From positions 27,805 through 91,804 of the forward strand of contig CBFIAJ010000003.1 in NCBI GenBank assembly GCA_965660515.1: DNA of 64,000 bases, written 5' to 3'. The notes beneath the pieces were generated by a model that saw only the letters and a list, made by a program, of their open reading frames with translations, did no database searches and was not told the DNA's origin. The position numbers and the translations under genes were made by a program. Position 1 is the first letter of the stretch, and every line of letters starts with the position of its first letter. This document shows, in pieces, positions 45,405 through 55,454 of the stretch. This DNA comes from Flavobacteriales bacterium. GTDB taxonomy: Bacteria; Bacteroidota; Bacteroidia; Flavobacteriales; ECT2AJA-044.

Positions 45405-47858
45405 CTATTGCGGGTCGATATCGATAACTACGCGCACCCCCTTAAAATCGTTATGATCCTTCAATTGTTCAATATACTGACGAATCATTTCTTTCGCTCG
45501 GTTCAAGCTGTCTGCTGCACCGAGTTTGAGCATTATGTTTTTGTGGTATTGATTGCGCACTCTGGGTATTGCCGGGAATTCTGGCCCAAGAACCTCCTGG
45601 GGGAATTGCTTTCTGAGGGGTCGCGCCAATGCCTCTGCAGCTCTTGAAACACGATCTCGATCACGATGCCTTATGTTTAATCGAATCAGACGGTAAAATG
45701 GCGGGTAATGAAACTCTTTCCGCTTTTTAATTTCTAAGTCAGCCCGGCGTTCGTAATCCGATTTCTGAACATCAAGTAACAACGGGTGATCTGGCTTGTA
45801 CGATTGAATATAAACCTTCCCTCTCTGCTCTTTTCGGCCTGCCCGGCCGGATACTTGAACCATCAGTTGGAAGGCTCGCTCAAAGGCTCTAAAATCAGGG
45901 TATTGCATCATCGTATCCGCCGCTAGTATCCCCACCATGCGCACACCGTCAAAATCAAGACCTTTCGTTAGCATTTGTGTACCCACAAGGATATCCATTT
46001 CGCCCCGTGCGAATTGATCAATTATTTCCTGATAGGCGTGCTTTCTGCGCGTGGTGTCCCAGTCCATTCGCCCTATTCGGGCGGATGGGAAACGAATCTT
46101 AAGCTCTTCCTCTATCCTTTCTGTCCCAAAACTTTTTGTCCGCAAATCATCGTGTCCGCACGATTCACATTTGGTAGGAAACTGTCTGCTGAAGCCGCAA
46201 TAATGGCATTTCAACGTGTGAATCTGCTTGTGGTAGGTAAGACTCACATCACAATTTTGACACTCGGGCGCCCAACTACAACGCTGGCACTCTAAGATTG
46301 GAGCGAAACCCCTACGATTCTGAAATAGAATAACTTGACCTTTATCATCTAAAGTGCTTTGTATTCTATTTCTCATCTCCTTTGAAAGAATAACGGGTTG
46401 CCCGGGTGTCTTTTCTTCTTTCGATAAATCGATGAAATGAACTTCGGGTAACAGTAACTCACCGAATCGATCTATTAGCGACACGTAATCGTATTTCCCG
46501 ATTTTGGCGTTGTAATAGCTTTCCAAACTAGGCGTGGCAGAACCGAGAATACACATCGCGCCGTGAAGGCGCGCTAAAACAATAGCTGCATCGCGACCGT
46601 GGTATCTGGGAGCCGGGTCGAATTGCTTAAACGACGATTCGTGTTCTTCATCGACAATGACCAAACCCAAATTTTCAAAAGGCAGAAATACGGCGGATCG
46701 AGCGCCAAGCACAATGGAATAGCTGTTTTCTTCGGGGAATCGGGCAACGGCTTGCCATACTTCTGCCCGTTCATTTTGACTGTAATGGCTGTGGAAAACG
46801 CCAATAGCATCTCCGAAGTACTTTTTCAAGCGCTGTATAATCTGGGTAGTTAGCGCAATCTCGGGAAGTAAATAAAGAACTTGCTCGCCGCGAGCTAGGG
46901 CTTCCTCAATTAAGTGAATATAGATTTCTGTTTTACCGCTTCCCGTTACTCCATGCAGCAATTGCACTTTGCGCGTATTTACAGCCGTTTTAAGCTCATC
47001 AAGTGCGCTATGCTGCGCAGGTGATAGGGGCTTTGCTTTTTCTTCCGGATCGGAGTTGAAAGAAAGGCGCGAATGTTCGAATGAATAAGACTCAACAATA
47101 CCCTTGTCTCGCATAGCGGTAAGCGCCGCTCGGCCGATTCCAAATTTCTTGTGCCATTCCGACGCTGATCGACCTGGGTGGTTTAACCGAGCATCATCGA
47201 TGAATTGAAAGAGAGCCGTTCGCTGCTTAGGCGCATTCGCTACATTTTGAAAAGAGAGCTCCAGTAAATCTTCATTTTCAGCTAAAAATGCCAGTCTCCA
47301 AAGTATTTCGGTCTTGGGCTTGTATTTTTCTTCAACGCGTTCTACCACTTCCACCCATTCCTTTTTGATCATGGATTGTATGATCGGGTGAATGGTTGTT
47401 TTTCCGATTATTTCTGAGATTTCAGACAGCTTTAACTCGTTTTGCTGCTCTAGAGCCTGCGCAATTAAGAACTGATTGTCATTAAGCTCTTCTGGATCTA
47501 TTTCTTCTTGGGCAATCCAACGAACACGCGTTTCACTCTCGAGTTTTAATCCGGCCGGTAAGGCCGCAGTCATTACTTCTCCCGGAGAGCATACGTAATA
47601 GCGCGCCATCCAATCCCAGAATTTCAACTGAGTTTCGCCAATTAACGGCGCTGAATCTAGAACTTCTATAATCTCTTTGGGCTTATACATACTGGGCGGC
47701 TCTTCATGGATCCGCCGAACAATGCCCGTATAAATTTTCCTTCGACCCAAGGGTACCAAAACCCTGTGTCCAATTCTTATATCCTGGTCTTTAGCAATTG
47801 AATAAGTAAAAAGACGAGGTAATGGAATCGGTACTAGGATATCGGCGTAGACGCTCAT
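45405..47858 (-). CDS. priA: Primosomal protein N' (replication restart helicase PriA)
   Basis: Walker A GVTGSGKTE, DEEH box VIVDEEHE and the Cys-rich zinc region CQRCSWAPECQNCDVSLTYH...CHYCG...CESCG. Confidence 0.9.
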   Translation of the reverse strand: MSVYADILVPIPLPRLFTYSIAKDQDIRIGHRVLVPLGRRKIYTGIVRRIHEEPPSMYKPKEIIEVLDSAPLIGETQLKFWDWMARYYVCSPGEVMTAALPAGLKLESETRVRWIAQEEIDPEELNDNQFLIAQALEQQNELKLSEISEIIGKTTIHPIIQSMIKKEWVEVVERVEEKYKPKTEILWRLAFLAENEDLLELSFQNVANAPKQRTALFQFIDDARLNHPGRSASEWHKKFGIGRAALTAMRDKGIVESYSFEHSRLSFNSDPEEKAKPLSPAQHSALDELKTAVNTRKVQLLHGVTGSGKTEIYIHLIEEALARGEQVLYLLPEIALTTQIIQRLKKYFGDAIGVFHSHYSQNERAEVWQAVARFPEENSYSIVLGARSAVFLPFENLGLVIVDEEHESSFKQFDPAPRYHGRDAAIVLARLHGAMCILGSATPSLESYYNAKIGKYDYVSLIDRFGELLLPEVHFIDLSKEEKTPGQPVILSKEMRNRIQSTLDDKGQVILFQNRRGFAPILECQRCSWAPECQNCDVSLTYHKQIHTLKCHYCGFSRQFPTKCESCGHDDLRTKSFGTERIEEELKIRFPSARIGRMDWDTTRRKHAYQEIIDQFARGEMDILVGTQMLTKGLDFDGVRMVGILAADTMMQYPDFRAFERAFQLMVQVSGRAGRKEQRGKVYIQSYKPDHPLLLDVQKSDYERRADLEIKKRKEFHYPPFYRLIRLNIRHRDRDRVSRAAEALARPLRKQFPQEVLGPEFPAIPRVRNQYHKNIMLKLGAADSLNRAKEMIRQYIEQLKDHNDFKGVRVVIDIDPQ

Positions 47859-49018
47859 TGGTCCTTCTTTTTCCCGCTAAAAAGTTTGTACTCCAGAATT
47901 CTACAATTAATGGGGCCGTTCATTACTCGAACTTTCCGGCTAGGACGTAAGCCGACGTATTTATAAGTCTCTTCCTCTTCGTCTGGCGCCAAGATATAGG
48001 CATTCCAGCCACTAAATTCGTGTTTTAGCCAGGTACCGATTTCCCCGTAAACAGATTCCAGAGAGACGGCCATACGAACGTCATAAGGCGGATTCGTAAC
48101 GACAAAACCAAATGGCGAAGGTTTTCTAACGTCCCTAAAATCGCTCTCCGTTATTTCAATATAATCGTCGAGTAAGGCGCTTTCTGCGTTTTCTTGTGCT
48201 TCCCGAACCACTTTTAAACTTCGATCGGAGCCATAAATTTTATAGTCAAAATCACGAACACGGTTTAATAGACCATCCCAAATTTTATCTTGAAGATCCT
48301 TGTCAAAACCAGGCCAACTTTGGTAGGCAAACTTAGAGCGATGAATGTTTGCCGGAATATTTTTGGCGATCATCGCTGCTTCGGTAAGAATCGTTCCCGA
48401 TCCGCAGAATGGATCTATGAGGTCTCCTTTTCCATCCCAATGCGTCATAAGCAGCATTCCTGCGGCCAATACTTCGCTAACGGGGGCTTTTCCGAAATTG
48501 ACCTTGTACCCTCTTCTGTGCAAAGAGTCGCCCGAACTGTCCAATGAAACTTGAACCCGATCTCCGCTCCACAATATGTGAATGCTCCAATCGGGGCTTC
48601 GCGTATCTACATCGGGCCTACTTCCTTTATCCTCGGAAATACGATCGGCAATGGCATCTTTCACTTTCAAAGCCGCAAAATGCGAATGGGTAATGGGTGC
48701 ATTGACGAGCACGGCATGTACGGCGAATGTTTGATCGAGACCAATCCACTCAGACCAAGGGAGTGATTTAACCCCTTGGTAGAGTCCGGCCTCTCGACTT
48801 GCCTGAAACTTGTGTATGGGAACCAGAATGCGCAATGCGGTTCGCAAAGTTCTATTCGCCTTGTAAATGAAGCCGAGATCACCGTGAAATTTCACTGCGC
48901 GATTTACGGGTTCAATATTTTGTGCTCCTAATTGGAGTAATTCTAAGGCCAAAGTCTCTTCGAGTCCTTGCACGGTGGTGGCCACCATTTCCCTTAATTC
49001 ATCATTTTGTGGTAACAT
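47855..49018 (-). CDS. THUMP-domain class I SAM-dependent RNA methyltransferase (RlmL/UPF0020-like)
   Basis: N-terminal THUMP-like region, DPFCGSGTIL and the NPPY motif (VTNPPYD). Confidence 0.75.
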   Translation of the reverse strand: MLPQNDELREMVATTVQGLEETLALELLQLGAQNIEPVNRAVKFHGDLGFIYKANRTLRTALRILVPIHKFQASREAGLYQGVKSLPWSEWIGLDQTFAVHAVLVNAPITHSHFAALKVKDAIADRISEDKGSRPDVDTRSPDWSIHILWSGDRVQVSLDSSGDSLHRRGYKVNFGKAPVSEVLAAGMLLMTHWDGKGDLIDPFCGSGTILTEAAMIAKNIPANIHRSKFAYQSWPGFDKDLQDKIWDGLLNRVRDFDYKIYGSDRSLKVVREAQENAESALLDDYIEITESDFRDVRKPSPFGFVVTNPPYDVRMAVSLESVYGEIGTWLKHEFSGWNAYILAPDEEEETYKYVGLRPSRKVRVMNGPINCRILEYKLFSGKKKDQ

Positions 49019-49040
49019 GTGTCAAATGTAGCTAAATGTA

Positions 49041-49048
49041 TAGTTTTG
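49041..49048 (+). promoter_or_regulatory. -7 box TAGTTTTG inside the ORF-track start of the second symporter
   Basis: Exact TAnnTTTG match 5 nt before the ATG at 49054. It favours that start over 49036. Confidence 0.3.
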
Positions 49049-49053
49049 CCTTC

Positions 49054-50787
49054 ATGGTATTAAGCACGCTCGACTGGGTCCTTTTAATTACATTTTTCGC
49101 GCTGTCAACGGCTATTGGCCTGTATTTCAGAAAAAGAGCGGGTAAAAACATTACCGAGTTTTTTCTCGGCGGACGAAACTTTCCGTGGTATTTAGCAGGG
49201 ATTTCTATGGTTGCAACCACATTTGCTGCCGATACACCTCTTGCGGTTACCGAATTAGTCGGTCAACACGGAATCAGCGGAAATTGGTTGTGGTGGTCCT
49301 ATTTAATGGGCGGAATGCTCACTACCTTTTTCTTTGCTCGTTTATGGCGCCGGGCGCAAATTCTTACCGAAGTGGAGTTTATAGAACTGCGGTATTCGGG
49401 TAAGCAAGCGGCATTCTTACGCGGTTTTAAAGCCGTTTACTTAGGGCTTTTCATGAATGTCTTAGTCATCGGATGGGTGAATTTAGCCCTTATGTCGCTC
49501 CTTCAAGTATTTTTTGGATTATCAGAATCCTCTGCCTTACTGTATACCGCTGGCGCGATGGCCTTGGCGGCCACGTATAGTTCGCTCGGTGGGTTGTGGG
49601 GTGTGGCTGTTACGGACGCGCTGCAGTTCTTTGTTGCCATGACAGGAACCATAGTCTTGGCTGTTTTAGTCATTCGGTCACCTGAAATTGGCGGTCTTGA
49701 GGGTCTTACGAATAAAGTGCCTGACTGGAGTCTTGATTTTTTTCCTCGCCTGAATGGCCAAACCGACATAGCCGGAGCTCTGAGTATTTCCTTCGGAGCA
49801 TTCTTGGCATTTGTGGGTGTACAATGGTGGGCGAGTTGGTATCCCGGTATGGAACCGGGTGGCGGCGGATATGCTGCCCAGCGGATGATGAGTGTAAAAA
49901 AGGAAGAGGACGCGCTCTACGCGACGCTGTTTTTTCAAATAGCTCATTATTGTTTGAGACCTTGGCCTTGGATTTTGGTTGGACTCGCAGCCATGGTTTT
50001 ATATCCGGAGTTGAGCGATGGAGATTTAAAACTGGGATATGTAATGGCCATGCGCGATTACCTGCCAAGTGGATGGCGCGGATTAATGCTAGTGGCTTTT
50101 TTTGCTGCCTACATGAGTACGATCAGTACTCAATTAAATTGGGGTGCGGGCTATTTAGTTAATGATGGCTATAAGCGCTTTATCCGGCCGCAGGCCGACG
50201 ACAAAGAGCAGGTACAGGTATCGCGATTAACAACGGTTGCTCTGATGCTCATAGCGCTGTATGCGACGACGCAAATGGAATCAATAAGTGGCGTTTGGAC
50301 CTTTTTAATTGAATGTGGAGCGGGATTAGGAGGCGTATTGATCCTTCGATGGTACTGGTGGAGAATCAACGCATGGAGCGAAATTAGCGCTACAGTAACT
50401 CCCATTATCGCCTATGCACTGGCACATTTTGTTTTTGATTGGGCCTTCCCAAATTCCTTCTTTTTTACTGTCGGCACCACAACGGTTGTTTGGTTACTCG
50501 TCACCTTTTTAACCAAGCCGGAAAATGAAGAACATTTAAAGGCCTTTGTTCTTCGCGTGAACCCCGGCGGCTGGTGGCCTTATTCGGGAGATGAAAACAA
50601 TAAGCCCAAGTTGGGTTATTTAGCTTTAGCCTGGACGGGCGCCACAGTTTTAACCTATTCCGTACTTTTCGCCACTGGAAAGTGGCTGCTCTTTTCTTTT
50701 TACGATGCCCTACCCTATTTTATTTCAGCCATTTTAGGTCTTATTGCTTTGAAATTCGCAATGAATAAAACGAAAATACTCTCTTGA
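49054..50787 (+). CDS. Sodium:solute symporter (SSF) family transporter
   Basis: Polytopic protein with SSF-like segments (GGRNFPWYLAGISMVATTFAADTPL, AAQRMMS). The start is ambiguous between 49036 and 49054. Confidence 0.8.
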   Translation: MVLSTLDWVLLITFFALSTAIGLYFRKRAGKNITEFFLGGRNFPWYLAGISMVATTFAADTPLAVTELVGQHGISGNWLWWSYLMGGMLTTFFFARLWRRAQILTEVEFIELRYSGKQAAFLRGFKAVYLGLFMNVLVIGWVNLALMSLLQVFFGLSESSALLYTAGAMALAATYSSLGGLWGVAVTDALQFFVAMTGTIVLAVLVIRSPEIGGLEGLTNKVPDWSLDFFPRLNGQTDIAGALSISFGAFLAFVGVQWWASWYPGMEPGGGGYAAQRMMSVKKEEDALYATLFFQIAHYCLRPWPWILVGLAAMVLYPELSDGDLKLGYVMAMRDYLPSGWRGLMLVAFFAAYMSTISTQLNWGAGYLVNDGYKRFIRPQADDKEQVQVSRLTTVALMLIALYATTQMESISGVWTFLIECGAGLGGVLILRWYWWRINAWSEISATVTPIIAYALAHFVFDWAFPNSFFFTVGTTTVVWLLVTFLTKPENEEHLKAFVLRVNPGGWWPYSGDENNKPKLGYLALAWTGATVLTYSVLFATGKWLLFSFYDALPYFISAILGLIALKFAMNKTKILS

Positions 50788-51512
50788 TGGAATGGTTTGA
50801 AAGTTGGTTCGATACCCCGTTCTATCACATGTTGTACAGTGATCGAAACGATTCTGAAGCTCAGCGATTCATGGATCGCTTGGCTAATTACCTGGAAGTT
50901 TCGGATAACATGTCCGTGCTCGACGTTGCGTGTGGAAGAGGTCGGCACGCTATCTACTTAAATGAAAAGGGCTACAATGTCACGGGAATCGATTTGTCTG
51001 AAGAAAGTATATCGGTAGCCAATAAATCGGCGAATGAACGGCTTCGATTTTTCGTTCGCGACATGCGCAATCCTTTGAAGTACAAGTACGACCTCGTTTT
51101 AAATTTGTTTACCAGCTTCGGTTATTTCGAAACAGAAGAGGAAAACAAGCTTTCTCTACTTAACTTGGCGAACGCGCTCAACCCAGGTGGGCGACTCGTG
51201 ATTGATTTTCTAAACAGCAAAAAAGCGGCCAACGCTTTGATTAACCAAGAGACGAAAACAGTAGAGGGTATTGACTTCCGCATTCATAGAAGCTTTGAAA
51301 ATGGTTTTTTCTTAAAGCGAATCGAATTTGAACATGAAGGTGAAGAGCACGCCTATTCTGAAAAAGTGAAAGCCTTAACGCTAATCGATTTTCACGAAGG
51401 ATTGGAAGCGGCCGGACTCAAAATTTTGAATACGTTTGGGGATTATGATTTAAACGATTTTGACGCTCAACATTCTGAACGACTTATTTTAATCGCGCAC
51501 AAAGTAAATTAA
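50784..51512 (+). CDS. Class I SAM-dependent methyltransferase
   Basis: Motif I VLDVACGRGRH. 242 aa. Overlaps the upstream stop by 4 nt. Confidence 0.75.
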   Translation: MMEWFESWFDTPFYHMLYSDRNDSEAQRFMDRLANYLEVSDNMSVLDVACGRGRHAIYLNEKGYNVTGIDLSEESISVANKSANERLRFFVRDMRNPLKYKYDLVLNLFTSFGYFETEEENKLSLLNLANALNPGGRLVIDFLNSKKAANALINQETKTVEGIDFRIHRSFENGFFLKRIEFEHEGEEHAYSEKVKALTLIDFHEGLEAAGLKILNTFGDYDLNDFDAQHSERLILIAHKVN

Positions 51513-52207
51513 TGAATCTGCTGCTTCTCATATTGGCTGTGGCTCTAGGAGTTTTAGGAGCTTTTGCTTTTCCTGCACAGGGTAAGGGTATTAAGTATTT
51601 TACCGCTTTCAGTGGTGGATTTTTATTGAGTATTTGTTTTTTGGAGTTAATCCCGCAGAGTTATGAAGCATTGGGGTATTCTTTAGGTGCTTGGTTATTG
51701 GCGGGCTTCTTTTTCCAAATCGTGCTCGATTACTTCAGTCAAGGTGCCGAGCACGGTCACATTCATTATCATGAAAAAGACGAGGGACGCACGCCCTATT
51801 TACTTCTCTTCAGTCTTTGCCTTCATGCCTTTTTGGAAGGGATGCCGGTACTCAATGGGCATGATCACGATCATGGTAATGGCTTACTCTTCGGAATCGT
51901 TGTTCACAAAGTCCCCGTCGCATTAATTCTATTTCAGTTTTTAAGAATCCACAAACTGCCGAAGGCAAGAACGGCTTTGATCATGATCGTTTTCGCGTTT
52001 ATGAGTCCGGCCGGAGCGCTCTTTAGTAATTGGGTTCCAGAAATAGCTCCTTACTTGCCACAAATCCGCGCGGTAGTTCTGGGTGTGTTTTTACATATCG
52101 CCACGACCATTTTGTATGAGTCGTCGGAGAGCCACCGATTTAACGGATTAAAGTTATTAGCCGTTTTGGTCGGCCTCACGGCCGGATGGCTCTCTATTCT
52201 TTTTTAA
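51512..52207 (+). CDS. ZIP-family metal transporter (putative)
   Basis: Polytopic protein with a His-rich loop (HGHIHYHEKDEG, GHDHDHG) and HAFLEGMP / HKVPVAL helices. Confidence 0.6.
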   Translation: MNLLLLILAVALGVLGAFAFPAQGKGIKYFTAFSGGFLLSICFLELIPQSYEALGYSLGAWLLAGFFFQIVLDYFSQGAEHGHIHYHEKDEGRTPYLLLFSLCLHAFLEGMPVLNGHDHDHGNGLLFGIVVHKVPVALILFQFLRIHKLPKARTALIMIVFAFMSPAGALFSNWVPEIAPYLPQIRAVVLGVFLHIATTILYESSESHRFNGLKLLAVLVGLTAGWLSILF

Positions 52208-52278
52208 CTCTTTATACCTTATAAAGACTATTTATCAAACTTTCCCACTGGATATTCGTTGACGCCCTAGATGTTTTC

Positions 52279-52286
52279 TAATTTTG
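52279..52286 (+). promoter_or_regulatory. -7 box TAATTTTG upstream of the peroxiredoxin gene
   Basis: Exact TAnnTTTG match 37 nt before the ATG at 52324. A TTG lies about 17 nt upstream, and the palindrome CTTATAAG lies further upstream in the same intergenic region. Confidence 0.4.
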
Positions 52287-52323
52287 AAAACAGAAACATG
52301 TATAATCTTAAAATCTATAAAAA

Positions 52324-52956
52324 ATGGGTGTTTTAGTAGGAAAAAAAGCTCCGTCTTTTACTGCTGCTGCAGTAATCAATGGCGAGGAGATCGTTGAAGA
52401 CTTTTCATTAGATCAGTTCATTGGCAAGAGCCATGTTATTCTTTTCTTCTATCCAAAGGATTTCACCTTTGTTTGTCCGACCGAGCTCCACGCTTTTCAG
52501 GCGAGTTTGGCTGACTTTAAAGCAAAAGGCGTAGAAATTGTTGCCGTTTCAACGGACACGGAGCAATCGCATTGGGGCTGGTTACAAATGAGTAAAGATC
52601 ATGGTGGAATTCAAGGCGTTACCTACCCGGTAGTTGCGGATACGAATAAAACCATTTCGAGCAATTTTGACGTGTTAGCCGGAGAATACTTCTACAACGA
52701 GAAGAATGAGCTCGAAGCGGAAGGTGAGTTAGTAGCTTACCGCGGACTTTTCCTTATCGATAAAGAAGGTGTTGTTCAGCACCAAGTTGTAAACAACATG
52801 CCTTTAGGACGTAACGTTGAAGAAGCAATGCGTATGGTTGATGCTTTGCAATTCTTTGAAGAGAAAGGTGAAGTTTGTCCGGCAAACTGGAGCGAAGGAA
52901 AAGAAGGAATGAAAGATACGCACGACGGCGTAGCTGATTACCTTGCTGCTCACTAA
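52324..52956 (+). CDS. Typical 2-Cys peroxiredoxin (AhpC/Prx1 type)
   Basis: Peroxidatic Cys context DFTFVCPTE and resolving Cys context EVCPANW. Confidence 0.85.
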   Translation: MGVLVGKKAPSFTAAAVINGEEIVEDFSLDQFIGKSHVILFFYPKDFTFVCPTELHAFQASLADFKAKGVEIVAVSTDTEQSHWGWLQMSKDHGGIQGVTYPVVADTNKTISSNFDVLAGEYFYNEKNELEAEGELVAYRGLFLIDKEGVVQHQVVNNMPLGRNVEEAMRMVDALQFFEEKGEVCPANWSEGKEGMKDTHDGVADYLAAH

Positions 52957-52973
52957 ATAGAAAATCAATTTAG

Positions 52974-53002
52974 GGACTCGCGTTCGCCGCGGGTCCTTTT
53001 TT
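52974..53002 (+). terminator. Hairpin plus U-tract between the peroxiredoxin gene and tpx
   Basis: GGACTCGCG-ttcgc-CGCGGGTCC (one G-U pair) followed by TTTTTT. It ends 12 nt before the tpx ATG. Confidence 0.6.
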
Positions 53003-53014
53003 AAAACACAAAAA

Positions 53015-53515
53015 ATGGCTGAAGTAAAACTCGGTGAAAATACTGTTCACACCTCGGGTTCGTTACCATCGGTTGGTGGAGATGCGCCTGACGCGCGCTT
53101 GGTTAGAAATGACCTAAGTGAAATGCAGTTAAGTTCGTACGCGGGAAAACGCGTAGTGCTCAACATATTCCCTTCAATTGATACGGGTATATGCGCAGCT
53201 TCTGTTCGTAAATTCAATGAGCTTGCCAGTTCTTTGGATAATACGGTGGTTCTTAATATATCTCTTGATTTGCCCTTTGCGCAAAAGCGTTTTTGTGGCG
53301 CTGAAGGTATTGAGAATGTTGAAACCCTTTCTGCTTTTAAAAACAACACATTTGAAGAAGCTTACCAAGTCACTATGATTGATGGTGGCATGCAGGGATT
53401 CTTCTCGCGGGCAATTGTTGTCGTAAACGAGAATGGCGACATTGTTCACTCAGAACAAGTACCCTCTATTGGTCAAGAGCCGAACTACGAGGCTGCTATT
53501 GCAGTTCTTAGTTAA
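53015..53515 (+). CDS. tpx: Thiol peroxidase (atypical 2-Cys, Tpx type)
   Basis: FPSIDTGICAASVRKFN and LPFAQKRFCGAEG contexts. Confidence 0.85.
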   Translation: MAEVKLGENTVHTSGSLPSVGGDAPDARLVRNDLSEMQLSSYAGKRVVLNIFPSIDTGICAASVRKFNELASSLDNTVVLNISLDLPFAQKRFCGAEGIENVETLSAFKNNTFEEAYQVTMIDGGMQGFFSRAIVVVNENGDIVHSEQVPSIGQEPNYEAAIAVLS

Positions 53516-53744
53516 TAGAATTTCTCACTTTAGAAGTAAAGGCGCGGAGGGCAATTTTTTCTTCCGTGCCTTTTTCTATTTCCTTTTTTATCCAAATAGC
53601 ACCAAATACATTGGTCAGCTGATCCCCTTCATCCACGCCACCTACGGGAATTTCCGGTGTTTCTCCTTCTTCAATGGCCGCTTCGGCCTGCTCAAGAGTT
53701 TCGAGGTCGTATTCTAAAAGAGCTTTAATGGCTGGGATCTTCAT
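53508..53744 (-). CDS. Small acidic protein coupled to thioredoxin (unknown function)
   Basis: 78 aa. Its start overlaps the thioredoxin stop (ATGA), and its 3' end overlaps the convergent tpx by 8 nt. Confidence 0.55.
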   Translation of the reverse strand: MKIPAIKALLEYDLETLEQAEAAIEEGETPEIPVGGVDEGDQLTNVFGAIWIKKEIEKGTEEKIALRAFTSKVRNSIN

Positions 53745-54064
53745 GATTCAACGTTTTCAGTGATTATTGAACGAAGGTATTCTTCCTTGCTGCTTGCGCT
53801 TCCAGCCGCGAGGCTGCCATTCTTGAAAAAGGCCAAATAGGGTAAATTGTCTACACCCGCCAATTTCCGAGTTTCCGGATTCTCCTCGGCATTTACATCG
53901 AGAAAAAGCACATTACTCATTTCATCCTCGTTGCTTACACGCTTAAATTTCGGACTAAAAAGTCGGCAGTTACCGCACCAATCGGCGTAGAACTTTACGA
54001 CTACATTTTCATTATCGTTGATAAGACTTTTAAAATCTTGGTCCGTTGCAATTTGTACTGCCAT
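53741..54064 (-). CDS. Thioredoxin-family protein (WCGNC)
   Basis: VVKFYADWCGNCRLFSP active site. 107 aa. Confidence 0.8.
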   Translation of the reverse strand: MAVQIATDQDFKSLINDNENVVVKFYADWCGNCRLFSPKFKRVSNEDEMSNVLFLDVNAEENPETRKLAGVDNLPYLAFFKNGSLAAGSASSKEEYLRSIITENVES

Positions 54065-54165
54065 GGCTTTGTTTTATTATTGATACTACAAATGTACATC
54101 GGAGCTTGAAAACCCCAACGTTTGTCGTTTTGAATCTTTCAATCCTATATAAACCCTCTCTATAC

Positions 54166-55416
54166 GTGAAGACTCATCGCGCTTATTCCACTATTTCAAC
54201 GCTACTTTGCGGCGTTGGTATCCTCCTATTGGGAGCTTGTCAGAGTAAAACTACATCAATTCATAAAGCTCCTCTGAATGGATACTGGCGTGGAGAGTTG
54301 TCGTTGAGCGACACTATAAATCGACCTTTGCCTTTTCAATTCATTGTTGAAGGCGCCATTGGTCAGCAGCAAATGACCGTTCAAAATGGACGCGAGGCTA
54401 TTGTGTTAAATCCTTTTTACGAAAAGAATGACAGCATAGAGGTCGTTTGGCCCGTTTTCGAAAGTGGATTCGTTTTCCAATCAAGTGATTCTCTAATGAG
54501 CGGCTATTGGTATGATCGTAGCCGAGGTGACAACTACAGAATTCCTTTTGAAGCGCGCTATGGCGTGGAATATCGCTTTAAGCAAACCGATCGTCCGTCT
54601 GAGCGTTTGGCGGGAACATGGCGAACTCATTTTGGCGAAAAAGCTCCGAATGCCTTGGGCCTATTTAAGGAACAAGGCGGCTTATTATCCGGGAGTTTCG
54701 CCACAGAAACAGGCGATTATCGATTCTTAGAGGGGGTCATTCAAGGCAACCAATTCAAGTTAAGTACCATCGATGGGGCACACGCGTTCCTTTTTGAAGG
54801 AACTATCAATGGAGATAGCCTATGGGGAACCTTTTATAGTGGCGACCATTATTCAGAACATTTTTATGCTCTTCGCGATGATGAATTTGAATTGAAAAAA
54901 GCAAACGAACTCACCTACTTGAAAGAGGGATATTCAACGGTAGATTTTGCTTTCCCCGATCTTAACGGCGACACTATTCGCTTAAGTGACGATCGGTTTA
55001 ACAATAAAGCCATGGTCATTCAATTATTCGGATCATGGTGTCCCAATTGTATGGATGAATCTATTTATCTGACTGAACTGTATGAGAAAGAATCGGCCCG
55101 CGGATTAGAAATTGTGGGCTTAGGTTTTGAACGACACAAAGAATTTGACAAGGCATCCAATGCGATTATCAAAATGCGCCAAGACTTACTTATTCCTTAT
55201 ACCCTATTGGTAGCCGGACCAGCAAACAAAAAAACCGCAGCCGAAAAGCTGCCTATGTTGAACCACGTTTTGAGTTTCCCAACAGCGATAGTGCTCAATA
55301 GGAAGCATGAGGTCATTGGAATACACACAGGGTTCTATGGCCCGGGAACCGGAAACTACTACGAAGAATTTAAGGAGGAATTTGAAGAATGGATTGCCCT
55401 TGCGTTAAGAGAATAG
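54166..55416 (+). CDS. TlpA-like thiol:disulfide oxidoreductase lipoprotein with an N-terminal extra domain
   Basis: C-terminal thioredoxin fold with FGSWCPNC. I prefer the GTG at 54166, which gives a lipoprotein-like signal ...LLLGAC. The longer ORF-track start would overlap the divergent trx gene. Confidence 0.7.
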   Translation: MKTHRAYSTISTLLCGVGILLLGACQSKTTSIHKAPLNGYWRGELSLSDTINRPLPFQFIVEGAIGQQQMTVQNGREAIVLNPFYEKNDSIEVVWPVFESGFVFQSSDSLMSGYWYDRSRGDNYRIPFEARYGVEYRFKQTDRPSERLAGTWRTHFGEKAPNALGLFKEQGGLLSGSFATETGDYRFLEGVIQGNQFKLSTIDGAHAFLFEGTINGDSLWGTFYSGDHYSEHFYALRDDEFELKKANELTYLKEGYSTVDFAFPDLNGDTIRLSDDRFNNKAMVIQLFGSWCPNCMDESIYLTELYEKESARGLEIVGLGFERHKEFDKASNAIIKMRQDLLIPYTLLVAGPANKKTAAEKLPMLNHVLSFPTAIVLNRKHEVIGIHTGFYGPGTGNYYEEFKEEFEEWIALALRE

Positions 55417-55429
55417 GGCTATTAAAAGC

Positions 55430-55454
55430 GAAACCACAGTAAGACTGTGGTTTC
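55430..55454 (+). terminator. Perfect 10-bp hairpin after the TlpA-like gene
   Basis: GAAACCACAG-taaga-CTGTGGTTTC. The downstream U-tract is weak. Confidence 0.45.
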
